Source of the DNA: Vitrella brassicaformis CCMP3155
Taxonomy: Eukaryota; Protista; Chromerida
Length of the DNA stretch: 9,736 bases
Assembly: GCA_001179505.1 (NCBI GenBank)
Contig: CDMY01000937.1
Location: 1 to 9,736, forward strand
Reading direction: 5' to 3'
Program-made: the position numbers and the translations under genes
The notes under the pieces: model-generated
Told to the model about the DNA's origin: nothing
The model's input: only the letters and a program-made list of their open reading frames with translations
Databases searched by the model: none
Shown: piece by piece, positions 7,959 to 9,736 of the stretch
How the letters are laid out: every line of letters starts with the position of its first letter
Position numbering within the stretch: the first letter of the stretch is position 1

Positions 7959-8319
7959 GGGACGTTTGATGATTCCCAAGGACACTCACCCACAATCATG
8001 TATGTTTCTGGTGTGCTGCGTGCTGTGTGCTGTGTGCTGTGTGCGCCACTCAGGTATTTTTTCCTCCCGACGCAGGAGGCGCAGTGACTGACGCTACGCT
8101 GGATGGGATGGGCGGCGACACCATCACCGACAAAGAAACAAGTAGCTAGACGACTAAGGCGTTCACTCATTTAGAAGTGGGGGGGCAGGCAGGGAGGCCA
8201 GTGTGGGCTGGAGGATCGGTGTGTGTGTCGTTCGTTTGAGCGGTGTGTGTCATGAGAGAGACGGACAAGGAAACAAACATACATATAGATGCACTAGCGC
8301 GCGCAGGTGTGGGGTAGTA

Positions 8320-8545
8320 CACGGATGGATGGATGGATGGATGGGCTGAATGAGTGCGCACGCTGGCGGGGCAGACAAATTGATGGATTGATTGATTCCT
8401 GGAAGCCACATGAATGCTTGCTGTGCCGTTCATTCCGTGAGTCAGTCAGTCAGTCAGTCAGTCATTTGTCCGTCAGCTCCCCTACCGAGCTGTCTACACA
8501 TCCGATCGACAGCGGCACAAGTTTGTCTGTCTGTCTGTCTGTCTC
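8320..8545. repeat. Cluster of (GATG)n, (GATT)n, (GTCA)n and (TCTG)n microsatellites; non-coding
   Basis: Direct reading. The ORFs here are microsatellite-derived. Confidence 0.8.
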
Positions 8546-9063
8546 GCTCATGCTCACATCGATCACACATGCAAGACACACAGAACGTACGTACGTATAC
8601 CGCACACATGCATCGATATTAATATACCACATCAGATTCAGCGGTTCTACGAAATTCCCGCATTTGTACATTGCGCACAAACGCCTCGTGTCTCGCTGCA
8701 ACGATACCTTGGCGCGCAACGAGACACAATTAATGACGGACCCAGACCAAACCAAGTAAGAGACACGAAAGCACATTGTCACCGAGTGCATGCGAAGCGT
8801 CCTTAAGTGCCTCACAACGTCATTTCATCGGTTGGCTTCCATGACAGGAGTAGCGAGGCCCTGTGACATGAAAGGCATACCAAGTCGCTCCAGCCTCGCG
8901 GCCGATTTAGTAATTGCACAGGCGATATACAGGGCTTTCTTTTATCTGTTCGGTTGAAAGACAGAGTACATCGTTACGGTACGTGTGTTGGTACCGGTTC
9001 TGTACGTGCAGTACGGTGTGTGAGTGTATGGGATCGTTCGGCCGATCCCGAGTCCTTTACCAA

Positions 9064-9688
9064 TCACAAACACACGATCTCCCCAACAGACCCCCGATGA
9101 ATGGATCTCTGCTCATCCTGCATGCCTTTGTGTGAACAGCCTTGCCGTGCGGGGGTTTTCTGCTTCGCGAGCATCTGCACCGCCAGATCAACATCCACAC
9201 CGCCGCTCCAATTTGGCGCAGCAGCTGCAGAGGGAAAAGACGCGGACAGAGACAGCAATGCAGACAGGCATGAGCCAGTCAAGATCCTCGTGCAGTTTTG
9301 GCGTGCCCAGCGGTGGTCGCGGCTGTTTGCCGCTGAGGGCTGTCGCCATCCGTACTGTACACATCAGAGGACCAGTTCCTCGGGACTTCCGTCCGATTGG
9401 AATGTAACGGGCTCTGAAGCCGGTGCATCATCCTGCGCGTGGGCAGAGAATTCAAGTGGAAGTTCAAGTTGCTCCGCCGGAGACTGAGCCCCCAGGGAGC
9501 CCCCAGGATGATCGAATTGTTCCTGAAGATGCTGACCACGGAGCTCACCGCCGCTCAACCGCAACACGACGTTGAACACGTCATGAAAGTCAGCGATGAA
9601 CCAGCAGATCTTCTCAGCGGCGAGGCGCATGTCATTGACCCAGAGAGCACAGGCGCCACTGGGACCAACGACGTGACCTGCGGCCTGC
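9064..9688 (-). CDS. Partial hypothetical gene (3' exons 9688-9549 and 9224-9064); strand and intervening structure ambiguous
   Basis: TTTCTGTAG acceptor, then a GC3-rich segment (ALWVNDMRLAAEKICWFIADFHDVFNVVLRLSG) and a G|GTGAGC donor. A strong TCTTTTCCCTCTGCAG acceptor then precedes a phase-compatible exon, AAPNWSGGVDVDLAVQMLAKQK...IVCL*. The intervening DNA also looks coding. Confidence 0.35.
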
Positions 9689-9736
9689 CTACAGAAACCT
9701 ACTCAGAAGAGGGGGTTGTCTATCATGGGGACGGAG

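Noticed and set aside
8631-8755. Possible plus-strand exon ending at GTAAGA
   Set aside because: It has no compatible flanking exons and no convincing coding bias.
1-9736. tRNA, rRNA or other structured RNA genes
   Set aside because: No cloverleaf, A/B box or rRNA-like motif was recognised by eye; tRNAscan-SE or Infernal would be needed to exclude them fully.

Overview
Eukaryotic, GC-rich, intron-dense genomic DNA with microsatellite-filled introns and two 300-N scaffold gaps. The style suggests a chromerid alveolate such as Vitrella (inference only). Left block (1-~2600): an intronless Pro/Ala-rich minus-strand ORF, an overlapping -1-frame acidic ORF running off the window, and a tandem ~160-bp leader repeat; this may be a retroelement gag-like region, but no RT or integrase is visible. 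Middle: a 20-bp-periodic, orientation-switching repeat array (3176-3348) and an unresolved gene region around gap 2. Best-supported content: two multi-exon genes arranged head-to-head, 280 bp apart, each with a bipartite plastid-targeting leader (signal peptide ending A-F, then a basic/Ser transit peptide). The minus-strand gene (4696-6138) encodes an unknown two-TM protein. The plus-strand gene (6419-~7958) encodes a SecE-like protein (EV-x-E-x-IEWP-x-F followed by a TM helix) that only appears after splicing. A partial, strand-ambiguous coding region lies at the right end. All gene models were built by hand from GT-AG sites and phase matching, with no database searches.
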